Position numbers and translations under genes: made by a program | Part shown: one piece after another, positions 18,101 through 25,260 of the stretch | Position numbering within the stretch: position 1 is the stretch's first letter | Layout: each line of letters opens with the position of its first letter | Assembly: GCA_963676835.2 (NCBI GenBank) | Contig: CAXXFF010000002.1 | Span: 192,001-256,000, forward strand | Direction of reading: 5' to 3' | Length of the DNA stretch: 64,000 bases | Origin: Marispirochaeta sp. | Lineage (GTDB): Bacteria > Spirochaetota > Spirochaetia > JC444 > Marispirochaetaceae | The notes under the pieces: model-generated | The model's database searches: none | The model's input: only the letters and a program-made list of their open reading frames with translations | Told to the model about the DNA's origin: nothing

Positions 18101-19866
18101 ATATAACTGTTGGTGGTTACAGAGACAGTACTTATAAGGGCAGTATCAATGACGTTCCAGGTTACGCCGTTGTCATAGGAAAGTTCCAGGTATCCTGAAG
18201 ATTCGGTACCCCCTGCAGTAATTTGCAGGTTATCAATAACTATGGTATCTCCGTTTGCAAAACTGGCCGCCGGGTCCATTGTAAGTATTGTTGAACCGAC
18301 TATACTGGAATTATCAACACCGATCGTACCGGCGGCAAAGGTTTGCCCACCAACAAAGGTAGCGTCCAGAGATGAAGGAATTGCAACCTGCAGGCGCTCA
18401 GTGGTACCGGTCCCGTCAATTGTCGAGGGGCCTTCTTCCGTGATGGTAATTGAAGGAAGAGTAACCGTACCGAGTAGATTGATGCTGGTATTTCCTGAGG
18501 TACGAAGGGTTGGTAAAGGATCAGCCACAAAATCAATATCCGCAGTCTCGTTGGGACTGGCAAAAACAGTTACCGAAACTGTTACCGTTTCTGCAGTTCC
18601 GTCTATAACACCTACAGTTGCCAGTCCGTCTGCGTCGGTAGTTACCGCCTGGCTCTGAGCGTCAGCAACATCAACACCATTCACATAACTTATAGTCGCA
18701 TTTCCGTCTACATTGACAGTAATGGACATGGAGTAGGGAAGAGCCGTACCGTTTGCATCAAGGATCTGCAGGGTAACGGTTTCCAGATCTGAACTATCAT
18801 TAATTCCCACACCATCTTCAGCGTTGACTGCAACAGAGTCGGGAGCTGTCAGGGTAAGCGCTGCGGAGTAGGCCCTTACCACGCCGTCATTGGTATCAAA
18901 ATTGGAGGCTGTACTGCCGTTATCAAGGGAGAAAAAAATCTCCGCAGCATCCTCATAGCCGGAACCGCTTCCTTCAAAAAGCTCGAACATCCAGCTGCCG
19001 TTAGTTTCAAAAGTAGTAATGGTTACATAATCTTCAGTGGCATCTGCCGGGTAGTTTGTTGCCCCTCCATCCAGATCGGCACCAGTGATAACCGAAGCAG
19101 TGGATTTGTTATATAGATTACCGGTGTTACCATTTGAATCAAAGTCCCACCCATGGACTCCCAGGTCTTCTGTATCCATAGAATTGGAAACAAAGGGGTA
19201 AATAGTCCAGTCTACTGCCGCCCCGTTTCTTTCCGCGTTATAGATAGGCCAGGAATAGGCAAAACTACGGACACCGCTTATCTGGGTAGGAATACCGCTG
19301 TTGAGACGGGAAATGTCAAGCTGAAAGGCGTTCTTGTAGTTTCCTCCATTGGCTGCAGCATCAACCACGACCTTGAAATAGACCTTCGACCCAATGGTCT
19401 CGCCATCAGCAAGTTTTATCCCGCTAAAGTAGGTCCAGTGAGAGGACTCACCCCCTGTTATGTTATAAGCAGCAGTATTGTCTGCGGTGAAAGAATCAAT
19501 ATAGACTCCGCTCGATGCCTGTGTCAGGTTTGCAAAGTTTCTCTGTCTGGCAGTAGAATCTGTCAGAACTCCGTCACCACCAAATAGATAAAAGTCGGTA
19601 GAACCTGCATTCTGATCAGGAACAACGCCGTCACTGCCTGCATCGTTCACACCGATATAAATCAAATCATTAGGATCCACCGCATCAGAGGGAATCTCAA
19701 AAAAGAAAACAGCAAATAAATCGGTACTTCCAGTCCCTAAAGTAGACGCTTGCTGCAGCCAGTTTGCACTTTCAGCAGGAATGTTACTTTGTCCCCATAC
19801 GATGAGTGAGGAGAAAAGAAAAAATGCGGCAAGCAAAAAGAACTTTAATCTGCGAACAGACGGCAC
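6172..19866 (-). CDS. giant (4564 aa) secreted surface/adhesin-like protein: signal peptide, Ig-like (Big_1-like) domain, long beta-helical repeat region, Ig-like domains, C-terminal FlgD-Ig/T9SS-CTD-like tail
   Basis: Uninterrupted 13.7-kb ORF starting at GTG with AAGGGG SD; hydrophobic N-terminus; G/T/A/S/D/I-rich repeats; tail ...HTVTWDGTNRGGLTVARGIYFIRV...RKVMIVK. Confidence 0.88.
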   Translation of the reverse strand: MPSVRRLKFFLLAAFFLFSSLIVWGQSNIPAESANWLQQASTLGTGSTDLFAVFFFEIPSDAVDPNDLIYIGVNDAGSDGVVPDQNAGSTDFYLFGGDGVLTDSTARQRNFANLTQASSGVYIDSFTADNTAAYNITGGESSHWTYFSGIKLADGETIGSKVYFKVVVDAAANGGNYKNAFQLDISRLNSGIPTQISGVRSFAYSWPIYNAERNGAAVDWTIYPFVSNSMDTEDLGVHGWDFDSNGNTGNLYNKSTASVITGADLDGGATNYPADATEDYVTITTFETNGSWMFELFEGSGSGYEDAAEIFFSLDNGSTASNFDTNDGVVRAYSAALTLTAPDSVAVNAEDGVGINDSSDLETVTLQILDANGTALPYSMSITVNVDGNATISYVNGVDVADAQSQAVTTDADGLATVGVIDGTAETVTVSVTVFASPNETADIDFVADPLPTLRTSGNTSINLLGTVTLPSITITEEGPSTIDGTGTTERLQVAIPSSLDATFVGGQTFAAGTIGVDNSSIVGSTILTMDPAASFANGDTIVIDNLQITAGGTESSGYLELSYDNGVTWNVIDTALISTVSVTTNSYIWTGGGFDGDFSNNVNWSPVGIPNTTADSIYIPGGLGSYPDLDSGGGVSPTVGQVIIEAGATFDVGAETFTIGNDLFIDGAMTVGTGTLSVGDDTSGSGSIDGGTGSVTFTGDLLIDTYTATSGTTSVGGDFAPTTFTHSSGTVQFNGTGAQSVTSGGNAFNTMVLNKTGGSITFNDALTISTGLSVGAGVAFDLSFNADTGGQTSSIAGNTTLSNTGTTTFGSAAGDSITFTGGLTATAGVKSLAGSLLSEAGVIDLDTTALTLTATTAIDATSNGNPAGANITVGSITGGFDLTVNGGTGGTVSSTATWGAATDLASLNLDAAGFTQGSTVEAAGLIDIAVSAGLSLTNLISSTGGNVNITSSGGSITDGSGAETALVSGATVSLNAVSGAIGAAAAGDVEVTITTALNADTSTAGGDIYLSTTAAMPLGVIDAGTGSVILDSAGAVTDADGTADISGSVGTITAAGAVSADTDLTSLSVTTSAAGAIDISEADNITLTVVTANSGTIDVVSVAGNITVVDINDVSTISRVTLNAFGSIDDGAAAAEVISTRDLRLTAGSGITDLNVDVSNLAAETDTGNLSIIADNAINVTTVDTVAGITLIDSGAADSGAVITIQSGSTVTLTQPIINNDAGDITCTASTGNIIDNTGGETALFSGAAVNLNAVNGAIGGAGVLDIEVIAATELNGDTATGGGDIYLQSIGNLPVGLVTAGAGNISVTSSGTVLESANDVAADFVGASISLASAGNIGGANILETDATDLSITASVGTLVTVTNTNAAPVALNQLSQPGGTLTFSQTGGGLLNIPASADIDSSAVTGGDIFITGANGIVVDSAVNSFTTAGGGSGTLTLHEGVDLGFAPTLGAGDIDLDGSSGAVVFSADITISGSWTVSVDDDIDIAADITAAGAGSNLTLISDFDNDGSGGVRIQAAGSITAGQNISIEGSSFTAVPANAFMVVNNPGAVSITAGVNGAGTFDFTPRFWVADTNVSLADGIVSTSGGAVSISSYGDILLSNAESDITSNGALVTLAADSDGNNTGGIDMSLTTSVITAGAGGITFTADDDILLGTLSATGGAVSVTSVGGNINGRGDDGVADISGATISLTSTAGSIGNATVIDVTGTTSVAATAGTDISFDSIGDLLLGAVSAPGGTVIIDSTGDISDANGALDNVTSSVLTLTAVDDIGDISGGTGDVTGASTDALETAVSTLSATATGAGSEIAVDNTGTALAVSVLNPGNGSTGYTRITNDLAIDVNAMTIGNADNLGLVSSASTLELPDAAISTTGILYFSAAGDISDNTDTLLSNNTWAAGTLYFYGTGNDESISTNITNLTASMSGAADLTITETNGISLTSVVTANGSITVSAAGAISAVLVDSSAVSNDANDITLTSTGAGISVTEVLGGAGQLNDVILDAQGGAITDNGSTGITGNVLTADAAGSITVVAAVDNADLQTSAAGNISVTETDNITLTLIEPNNGDVSITASGGNITVVDINDIAGTNQVALTASGTIDDGVAAAEVISAQTLALTAGTGITDLNIAVGTVGAETDTGNLTLIETDALVIGTVATVTGVTLVDSGNADAGAAISIQAGTGITFNQAVVNNDAGDITVSSTAGSLIDGTGTETALVNGATVTLNAVNGAIGGAGVLDIEVTAATALNGDTSTGGGDIYLQSIGNLPVGLVDAGAGNISVSSSGTLLESVNDGAADFVGSSVIISAAGDIGGANILETDATDISLSASAGTLVTVTNTNAAAVDLNQLSQPGGILTFNQTGGGLLNIPASADIDSSAVTGGDIFITGANGIVVDSAVNSFTTSGGGGGTLTLHEGVDLGFAPTLGAGDIDLDGSSGAVVFSADITISGSWTVSVDDDIDIAADITAAGAGSNLTLISDFDNDGSGGVRIQAAGSITAGQNISIEGSSFTTVPANAFMVVNNPGAVSITAGVNGAGTFDFTPRAPVADTDVSLGDGIVSTSGGAVSISSYGDILLSNAESDITSNGALVTLAADSDGNNTGGIDMSLTTSVITAGAGGITFTADDDILLGTLSATGGAVSVTSVGGNINGRGDDGVADISGATISLTSTAGSIGNATVIDVTGTTSVAATAGTDISFDSIGDLLLGAVSAPGGTVIIDSTGDISDANGALDNVTSSVLTLTAVDDIGDISGGTGDVTGASTDALETAVSTLSATATGAGSEIAVDNTGTALAVSVLNPGNGSTGYTRITNDLAIDVNAMTIGNADNLGLVSSTSTLELPDAAISTTGTLYFSAVGDISDNTDTLLSNNTWGAGTLYFYGGVTESISTNITNLTAAMNGAADLTITETNGISLTSVVTANGSITVSAAGAISAVLVDSSAVSNDANDITLTSTGAGISVTEVLGGAGQLNDVILDAQGGAITDNGSTGITGNVLTADAAGSITVVAAVDNADLQTSAAGNISVTETDNITLTLIEPNNGDVSITASGGNITVVDINDIAGTNQVALTASGTIDDGVAAAEVISAQTLALTAGTGITDLNIAVGTVGAETDTGNLTLIETDALVIGTVATVTGVTLVDSGNADAGAAISIQAGTGITFNQAVVNNDAGDITVSSTAGSLIDGTGTETALVNGATVTLNAVNGAIGGAGVLDIEVTAATALNGDTSTGGGDIYLQSIGNLPVGLVDAGTGDVSITGNGAVSDALADGASDIDAGALTISAANGIALDTAVTSLDLTNSTANAIDIDETDNVDVAGISQTGGGIVTLDTTAGDITVTVAGSGITGDGGQITLTAAVDINLGNNISNPAGNITLASNIIMIGDATVSSAGIGDIQFSGDIDADDNTVNDRMLQADSGTGNLQVIGDIGTAANGEMHHLDFDGADITLASIGSAAQNGVDGAAGTNIDVQSTGTIFLNGQYYKCAQNQRYFSTVYDVRIDLSGNGEIGVHGGGTTELTNFSSVFIDSAGDTIDFHCDLSVSRDFVLYNGTIDTNSHDITVIRDFVAFGSGANAGIPIAAAAVLDDPDTDAGDTDNDYPDRASLAYSVAPAYTGSLGDLGTSTIDVTGDFFVNGADLVNGDLDLQDVSGSDRTGGGWGSVYNVVLNATVDNTTVTAGVIAASSPSAVVNTVNNNNTAVANTPTDAETLAYARGFDFTAPRINTAQTVSDRVLEIAFTESLYNVNSEILASNILIDGETTAFDTIGTGYVTNTPNGALGVSAATLYLAELGTPVTWNSDATGTSAGDAAGMVSTDWDGTAQSVVPDVAIVKGDYYDLGGNKIANYSTATAAGDVLYTATADGCDPVLLAVYAGRENQDVADHRNFHNYFRLIYSEAVDLPTIAAGVNTAADGLRATSYTGSELGGYINGAGTVTVAGYFSYTGTVSTGTRDATSQTDAFYRLIGRDQEVEIVLTGYRDVTGLYQGYITSATDPVGAAGFSIVANTNITDAAGNSFSASDSTAAAILGEIDNTIGNAGWDVDPPQIAAHVPGGVASGYYEIVTKDTDLNTVTDRVEIHIFDCPVEDLSDYNGLGSSFDSDTDHPDVESLPGYPRGVRDNTLQQAGVSAAFGLSRSLGGGVNNLDPAVAFLTNVTDNGAASLFQGPVNTADDPYFSITFGEAGGFTDLDDIYLSYNSSGLITDLAGNLLQTATDLHCMERTPPRILYSLAVVGDDKIYVKFSEPVWNDALTSTDIIATDFTVTGFTVSSVTILSREIGGAKEAYLNLNANIVEDDIFTQTISMIVEDKVTNVTDIGVTHRISDIGLGVITPVWASDGLHDDSSYGGGFYTIRDFSGGGKVMDRDVTLEADILSTTAAGYGTTLILDADPPASTLVNGFWLPVLIPEFNPAANLNARALSSISTAGSLRDFLIPSGDVDMVAGKDLELLFKLGNLYCARSLDPEDPRDIAPWILPVRDLTRQTAGVTILNNVIKPSTGELAVLNYEVPETGMVTITVFGLDGDVVNTLQRGVQAAGEHTVTWDGTNRGGLTVARGIYFIRVVGPDFDEYRKVMIVK
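10136..15960 (-). repeat. tandem intragenic duplication, period 2910-2913 bp (~970 aa), with a diverged partial third copy to ~16650
   Basis: 10136-11179 matches 13046-14089 and 11374-12201 matches 14287-15114, with no differences spotted by eye; the antisense ORFs in the track are also duplicated at these offsets. Confidence 0.95.
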
Positions 19867-20110
19867 AGTATTCCCCTTAATTTACTACAGACACATAAAC
19901 CATATGAATTTAACATACTCTTTTGAATTTTTCTAAACCATTAATCAGGTATTTATTATTTATAAGCAAAGAATTAAGGATAAAGTCGCAATACCCGGAC
20001 TGTATCCACATGTTCTTATGGAATTTACAAAAAAGATACAGTATCACCCATATTTTCGGCAGAGATTGTCAATAAATGGAATTCCCGGGTTATAGTCTGA
20101 GCAGACAAAG

Positions 20111-21184
20111 TCAGGGGACAAGAAAAACTGCTATGCCTATCGAAGTTGTACCCGACTCAAGAACCTGTAATATACCATTCTTCCAGTATACCGCCTCAGT
20201 AGTCCCTGGTTGTGTCTGGGTACCCGAAGCATACACATCTCCATTTTCCACCATCACAGAGTATGCAGTTGTCGGGTAGGTAGAAATTTCCCCTGCAAGA
20301 TCTGCCTGCCCGGACGCATCATTCAGCCAGACAGCGGCACGTCTTCCGGAAATTGAAGCATTGTAATAGTCCCCTGCGACATAGATTCCATCGACACCTG
20401 CCCAAATGCCATATGCCTGTCCCGCTATAGTGTTTAAACGGGCTTCTGTGATAACTCCCTCCACCCAGAAGGCTGCAGAATTAACAGCAGGTGATGAAGT
20501 AAAATAACGGCCAGCAAAGTAGGCTTTACCGTTGTAGTAATACACACCCTCGGCATTTGAACCAGCAGAACCACTGAGGAACTCTTCACCTGCGGAATTG
20601 TCAATCCAGTAAGCCCCAAGCTGAGAACTTGATACACCACAGATATAGACCCCACCAGATCCATCAAGCTGGATATCTGAAGCCCTGGCGTAGTCCCCGC
20701 TATGAAGAACCGTCTCCCCGGTTGATCCATTATCTATCCAGTAAACTGCCTTATTTGAGATTGTACCATTATAATAGTAGCCGGAAACATACACTGAACT
20801 GCCGGAGTCGACTGTAATACCTGTAGCCCGGGCATTTACCCCGAGATCGCTGCTGATAACACCGTCTTTCCAGTACACTGCCACTTCGACATCGGATGCG
20901 TTAGTGTAGTAGCCGGACACATGGATACTACCCAAACCATCAACAAAAATATCTGTTGCACCGGAATCTTTTGCTGTGGCAACTGAAAGATCCGTTCTCA
21001 CAACGGTTCCATTATCCGTCCAGTAACAGGCAACATCATAAGAGCCGTTGTTGTAGGAGCCCGCCACATACACCGTAAGAGTACCGTCGCCGGTTCCACC
21101 CCCGCCACTGCTGCCGTCGGAAGGACTTAAATTGCAAGATAAGATTAGAAAGGGTATAAGCAAAAAAATGGATACGATTTTCAC
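20111..21184 (-). CDS. lipoprotein, predicted 7-bladed beta-propeller
   Basis: GTG start with GGAGG SD; lipobox LILSC; Gly/Ser linker; seven ~45-aa repeats of the form (V/I)Y(V/I)xG....A(V/C)YW. Confidence 0.75.
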   Translation of the reverse strand: MKIVSIFLLIPFLILSCNLSPSDGSSGGGGTGDGTLTVYVAGSYNNGSYDVACYWTDNGTVVRTDLSVATAKDSGATDIFVDGLGSIHVSGYYTNASDVEVAVYWKDGVISSDLGVNARATGITVDSGSSVYVSGYYYNGTISNKAVYWIDNGSTGETVLHSGDYARASDIQLDGSGGVYICGVSSSQLGAYWIDNSAGEEFLSGSAGSNAEGVYYYNGKAYFAGRYFTSSPAVNSAAFWVEGVITEARLNTIAGQAYGIWAGVDGIYVAGDYYNASISGRRAAVWLNDASGQADLAGEISTYPTTAYSVMVENGDVYASGTQTQPGTTEAVYWKNGILQVLESGTTSIGIAVFLVP

Positions 21185-21454
21185 AGGCCTGCCTCCCAGG
21201 TGATCCCGGCAAGCCCGCTGCTGTCTGATCTGTGGAATGGGGAGATCCTGTGACAAGCGGATCACTGTACCAGAGGAGATGGAAAATTGTGCCTCCGGTA
21301 GGTTAAATATATCCCTGTTGAAAGGGTTTTTCAAAGAATTGGGGTACTCTCAAACCCGGGGAACAGCTTTCTCAGAAGTTTTAACCATGATGCCTAAGTG
21401 TATGGCATTCAGGCATCAATGTTTAAAATCGCAATAAGGAGATCACCTCATCCT

Positions 21455-21483
21455 TTGACCCGCTTCCCCCACTCTGCTACATT
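21455..21483 (+). promoter_or_regulatory. sigma70-type promoter of aroA-ltaE
   Basis: TTGACC-N17-TACATT upstream of the GAGG SD and aroA ATG. Confidence 0.6.
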
Positions 21484-21510
21484 TAAGCAAGAACCATACA
21501 CGAGGTATCC

Positions 21511-22782
21511 ATGACCGAAACCGTCTTCCCCGTCCAGGGCCTGAAAGGTGAAATAACCATCCCCGGATCAAAGTCCCACACAATCCGGGCTCTTATAATT
21601 GCGACCCTTGCAGAAGGTGAAAGTATTCTGCGCCAGCCCCTGGATTCTGCGGATACCCGCTCCTGTATAGATGTCTGCCGGGCACTGGGGGCGGAAATCC
21701 TCACCGACAGGGAGGGAATTGAGGACGGCCTCTGGAAGGTTACCGGCACCGGAGGAAAACTCACATCACCTTCCGATGAGATAGACGTGGGAAACTCCGG
21801 CACCTCCCTCTATATCGGAGCAGGAACAGCGGCTCTGGCGACAGACACAATCCGCTTTACCGGGGATTCCCAGATTCGCTCCCGCCCGGTGCAGCCCCTG
21901 CTGGAAGCCCTCAAGGATCTCGGTGCGGAAACTGAATCGAAAAAGAAGAACGGCTGCGCGCCGTTTTCCGTTAAGGGACCCTTGAAAGGCGGGTACACAA
22001 GCATTGAATGCCCAACAAGCCAGTACCTTTCAAGCCTGCTTCTATCAGCGCCCCTTGCGTCGGGTGATTCGGAAATAACCGTACCGCTCCTGCACGAAAA
22101 GCCATATGTAGAGATGACTCTCCACTGGCTGGACAGGCAGAAGATTGAATACATGAACCACGATTTCCGCGTGTTCACCGTCCGGGGAGGACAGCAGTTC
22201 ACCCCTTTCGATGAGTCAATTCCCGGAGACTTTTCCACTGCCACATTCTTTATGTGCGCTGCAGCTGTTACTGGGTCTTCAATAACCCTGCACAACCTTG
22301 ACATGCAAGACCCCCAGGGAGACAAGGAAGTGGCGGATATCCTTTCCCGCATGGGCTGTTCAGTGAAAAAGAACGACCACAGCCTGACCATCCAGGGAAA
22401 GCCGATGAAAGGCCAGGTAATCGATATGAACGCTATTCCCGATGCCCTCCCCGCCATGGCAGTAACCGCCTGCTATGCGGAAGGAACCACCGAACTGGTT
22501 AATGTTCCCCAGGCACGGCTTAAGGAGACTGACCGCATTGCCGTAATGTGCCGGGAGCTGAAAAAATGCGGAGCCGATATTGAAGAACGCCCCGACGGCC
22601 TGGTTATCCGGCACTCACCCTTAAAAGGCGGGAATGTTGAAAGCCACGGCGACCATCGGGTGGCTATGTCCATGGCGGTGGGCGCCCTGTCAGCGGAGAG
22701 ACCCATAGCAATCGAAAACGCCGAGGCTGTGGCGGTTACCGTACCGGAGTTCTTTCCCCTGCTGACAAAGCTGTACGCATAA
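21511..22782 (+). CDS. aroA: 3-phosphoshikimate 1-carboxyvinyltransferase (EPSP synthase)
   Basis: PGSKS, GNSGT, SQYLS, RLKETDR and DHRVAM motifs. Confidence 0.95.
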   Translation: MTETVFPVQGLKGEITIPGSKSHTIRALIIATLAEGESILRQPLDSADTRSCIDVCRALGAEILTDREGIEDGLWKVTGTGGKLTSPSDEIDVGNSGTSLYIGAGTAALATDTIRFTGDSQIRSRPVQPLLEALKDLGAETESKKKNGCAPFSVKGPLKGGYTSIECPTSQYLSSLLLSAPLASGDSEITVPLLHEKPYVEMTLHWLDRQKIEYMNHDFRVFTVRGGQQFTPFDESIPGDFSTATFFMCAAAVTGSSITLHNLDMQDPQGDKEVADILSRMGCSVKKNDHSLTIQGKPMKGQVIDMNAIPDALPAMAVTACYAEGTTELVNVPQARLKETDRIAVMCRELKKCGADIEERPDGLVIRHSPLKGGNVESHGDHRVAMSMAVGALSAERPIAIENAEAVAVTVPEFFPLLTKLYA

Positions 22783-22802
22783 AAAACATTAAGGAGATAC
22801 CC

Positions 22803-23828
22803 ATGAAAATATACGACCTGAGAAGCGATACCATTACCCGGCCTTCGGGAGAAATGCGCAAAGCCATGCACCGGGCGGACGTGGGAGATGATGTTTATGG
22901 TGAAGACCCTACAATAAATCTCCTTGAAGAGACAGCCGCAAAAATTATGGGCAAGAAGGCAGCTCTGTTTCTGCCCTCAGGGACCATGGGCAACCTTATT
23001 CCCCTCTATATTCAGTGCGGCAGGGGCAATGAGGTAATCCTTCACGAGAACAGCCACATTATGCACTATGAACTTTCTTCCGCCGCATCTCTCGCAGGAG
23101 TTATGCCCCGTCCGGTTGCCGGAGAACGGGGAATTTTTACTCCGGAAACCATTAAACCTCAGGTTCGCCCGGACATCTATTACATGGCACGAACCGCACT
23201 TATAGAAGTGGAAAATACCCATAACAAGGAAGGGGGCACCTGCTGGTCAGAAGAAGAGCTGTCTGATATTGCTAAATTTGCGAAGAAAACGGGAATACCG
23301 GTACATATGGACGGCGCACGGATCTTCAATGCAGCACTGCATACCGGTGTCCCGGCAAAGAAAATTGCCTCCTATGCCGAAACGGTAACCTTCTGTCTGT
23401 CAAAAGGATTAGGAGCTCCGGTGGGCAGCCTTCTCTGCGGCCCGGTTGATTTTATTGCCGAGGCCCGGCGGGTACGCAAGATGCTCGGCGGGGGGATGCG
23501 TCAGGCGGGAATTCTGGCTGCAGCTGGTCTCTATGCTCTGGAACACAACATTGAACGGCTGCGGGAGGATCACCTGAACGCACGAAAACTCGCAGAAGCC
23601 TTCTCTTCTGTAAGCTGGGCCAAGGTTGATGCGGCCAGTCTGGAAACCAATATCTTCTTTGTAGGTACCCCGGCAGGAAATGCCCAGGCCGTGGTTACTG
23701 CCCTTAAAAAGAAAGGAGTGCTCTGCTCCCCCGACGGCGACTTCCGCATCCGCTTTGTCACCTCCATGGAGGTAGGCAGTTCTGATATTCATGAGGTTTG
23801 CGGAATTGTGGAGAAGCTGAAGGTTTAG
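22803..23828 (+). CDS. ltaE: low-specificity L-threonine aldolase
   Basis: DLRSDT, GDDVYGEDPT, SGTMGN, HMDGARIFNA and CLSKGLGAP motifs. Confidence 0.93.
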   Translation: MKIYDLRSDTITRPSGEMRKAMHRADVGDDVYGEDPTINLLEETAAKIMGKKAALFLPSGTMGNLIPLYIQCGRGNEVILHENSHIMHYELSSAASLAGVMPRPVAGERGIFTPETIKPQVRPDIYYMARTALIEVENTHNKEGGTCWSEEELSDIAKFAKKTGIPVHMDGARIFNAALHTGVPAKKIASYAETVTFCLSKGLGAPVGSLLCGPVDFIAEARRVRKMLGGGMRQAGILAAAGLYALEHNIERLREDHLNARKLAEAFSSVSWAKVDAASLETNIFFVGTPAGNAQAVVTALKKKGVLCSPDGDFRIRFVTSMEVGSSDIHEVCGIVEKLKV

Positions 23829-23840
23829 ATCCGGCAGCAG

Positions 23841-24416
23841 CTATTCAAAAACCTTCTCAGTCTCAACCTCGGTGCTCAGCACATCTGACCGGACCTTTTC
23901 CCCCGGCTGATAGTAGTCAGGTTTCCCGTACTTACCGTTATCCTGCAGCCGGTAGACCATAATCCAGGGTACTTCCGTATTTACCAGCCAGTACTCCCGG
24001 ACACCGTGCTTTTCGTAGAGCCTCAACTTTGCATTCTGGTCTTTATAGCCGGTGGACTCAGAAAGAACTTCCACAACCAGATCGGGAGCCCCGACGGCAC
24101 CGCGCTCATCGAGACGGTCCTGACTGCAGAATACGGAAAGATCCGGCTGCACCACGGTGTATACCTTCTCGTCGGTCTCATCGGATTTCTCGGGAAAGCG
24201 TACATCAAAGGGAGCGATATAGGTACGGCAGGGTTTGCCGTCTGTAATGTCACACACAACCCGGAACAGCTGGCCCAGAACATCCTGATGCTTCCGCTTC
24301 GGAGCGGGGCTCATGCCGTAGGGGACACCGTCTATCAGTTCCCAGCGCTCTTCATCGGGCCAGGTCAGATAGTCCGCGTAGGAATAGGGAACATCTTTCA
24401 GCTTCGGAACAGCCAT
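23841..24416 (-). CDS. Uma2 family PD-(D/E)XK endonuclease
   Basis: WELIDG, MSPAP..H, QPDLSV, GAPDLVVEVLS and K..LYEKHGVREYW motifs. Confidence 0.92.
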   Translation of the reverse strand: MAVPKLKDVPYSYADYLTWPDEERWELIDGVPYGMSPAPKRKHQDVLGQLFRVVCDITDGKPCRTYIAPFDVRFPEKSDETDEKVYTVVQPDLSVFCSQDRLDERGAVGAPDLVVEVLSESTGYKDQNAKLRLYEKHGVREYWLVNTEVPWIMVYRLQDNGKYGKPDYYQPGEKVRSDVLSTEVETEKVFE

Positions 24417-24462
24417 ACACTTCTCCTTATATGCATAGTATTACACAGTTTTGTGATGGTTC

Positions 24463-24801
24463 TCAAGTTGCAGAAATTCTTGAGAGAATATACTTGTTTA
24501 TAGAGACCCCCTCTTCGGCGGATTTGATAGCCAGGCTTTTATGTAGCTCCGGGGGAACCCTCAAGGTAAGATTGCCCTTGTATCTTTTCATTCCAAAGGG
24601 CTCTGGAATTTCTTCTCCATCTTCCTGCATCCATTCAATGGCTCCCCTAACAACCTCTTCAATCTCTTTCAAAGCAACACCGGAACTTTCACCGTGGGCA
24701 ATAAGAGACGGGAACTCCAGGCATTTTGCAATATGAGTACTATCTTCTTCCGACCACTCTACCCTGTAGGTATATTTATCAATTAAATCTTCACTGTTCA
24801 T
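24463..24801 (-). CDS. hicB: HicB family antitoxin with C-terminal ribbon-helix-helix (RHH) domain
   Basis: YTYRVEWSEED...AKCLEFPSL..HG...PEP; YKGNLTLRVPPELHKSL...EGVSINKYI. Confidence 0.9.
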   Translation of the reverse strand: MNSEDLIDKYTYRVEWSEEDSTHIAKCLEFPSLIAHGESSGVALKEIEEVVRGAIEWMQEDGEEIPEPFGMKRYKGNLTLRVPPELHKSLAIKSAEEGVSINKYILSRISAT

Positions 24802-25024
24802 CAGCAGACTCCATTTTCTCAATGGCCTTTAAAACCATCTTCACCTGATACGGCTTTGCGTTCTTGCCGTCCTTCTGGATATTTATTCGGGGATCACCTT
24901 TCCATGGGGTTTTGAAGATATGGTGGCTCCCCCTGATCCTCGGTTCTCCGAAAAGCCCCGTACAGATCTTTAACAACTCACTGAATTTTACATTTTTAGA
25001 GTTTAACAACTTTGTATATTTCAT
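24791..25024 (-). CDS. hicA: HicA family toxin (dsRBD-fold mRNA interferase)
   Basis: GSHHIFK and KPYQVK motifs; overlaps the hicB start. Confidence 0.9.
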   Translation of the reverse strand: MKYTKLLNSKNVKFSELLKICTGLFGEPRIRGSHHIFKTPWKGDPRINIQKDGKNAKPYQVKMVLKAIEKMESADEQ

Positions 25025-25029
25025 ACATA

Positions 25030-25058
25030 ATGATAGCACATACGATATCATGCGTCAA
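25030..25058 (-). promoter_or_regulatory. hicAB promoter with overlapping palindromic operator
   Basis: TTGACG-N17-TATCAT ending 5 nt before the hicA ATG; inverted repeat ATGATAGC-N6-GATATCAT (25030-25051) covers the -10 and spacer. Confidence 0.75.
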
Positions 25059-25092
25059 ATTTGAACTGTAAGAATATTTCCAGAAAGCCGCG

Positions 25093-25238
25093 GAATCCGA
25101 CCCTCACCCCCAAACCCCCTCTCCCAAAAGGCGAGGGGGCTTCCGATGTAAGGATGCTCATTTCTCCTCTAAGCTTACAAGGGCCGGGGGGTGAGGGCCA
25201 AAAAAAACCCCCGGCGTAAACCGGAGGCGTATAAACAG
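25093..25238 (+). repeat. direct repeat copy 1: palindromic CCCTCACCCC...GGGGTGAGGG element plus terminator hairpin
   Basis: gaatccgaccctcacccc...ggggtgagggcc-A-run-ccccggcgtaaaccggaggcgtataaacag, paralleled at 26832-26972. Confidence 0.85.
25200..25229 (-). terminator. intrinsic terminator of the 487-aa lipoprotein gene
   Basis: Minus strand reads gcctccgg-tttacg-ccggggg followed by a T-run. Confidence 0.7.
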
Positions 25239-25260
25239 GCCTTAATCTCTCACGCGCTGC

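Noticed and set aside
6551..19587. Many plus-strand ORFs (up to ~300 aa) opposite the giant gene, several duplicated
   Set aside because: Antisense shadows of biased codon use and of the internal duplication; no SD or recognisable domains.
21185..21334. ORF-track N-terminal extensions (also at 2280-2336, 28966-29052, 34939-34989 and 37225-37320)
   Set aside because: Downstream starts have an SD, translational coupling or a correctly placed signal peptide.
21388..21418. 8-bp inverted repeat TGATGCCT-N15-AGGCATCA between divergent genes
   Set aside because: Single occurrence with no linked regulator; cannot be distinguished from chance.
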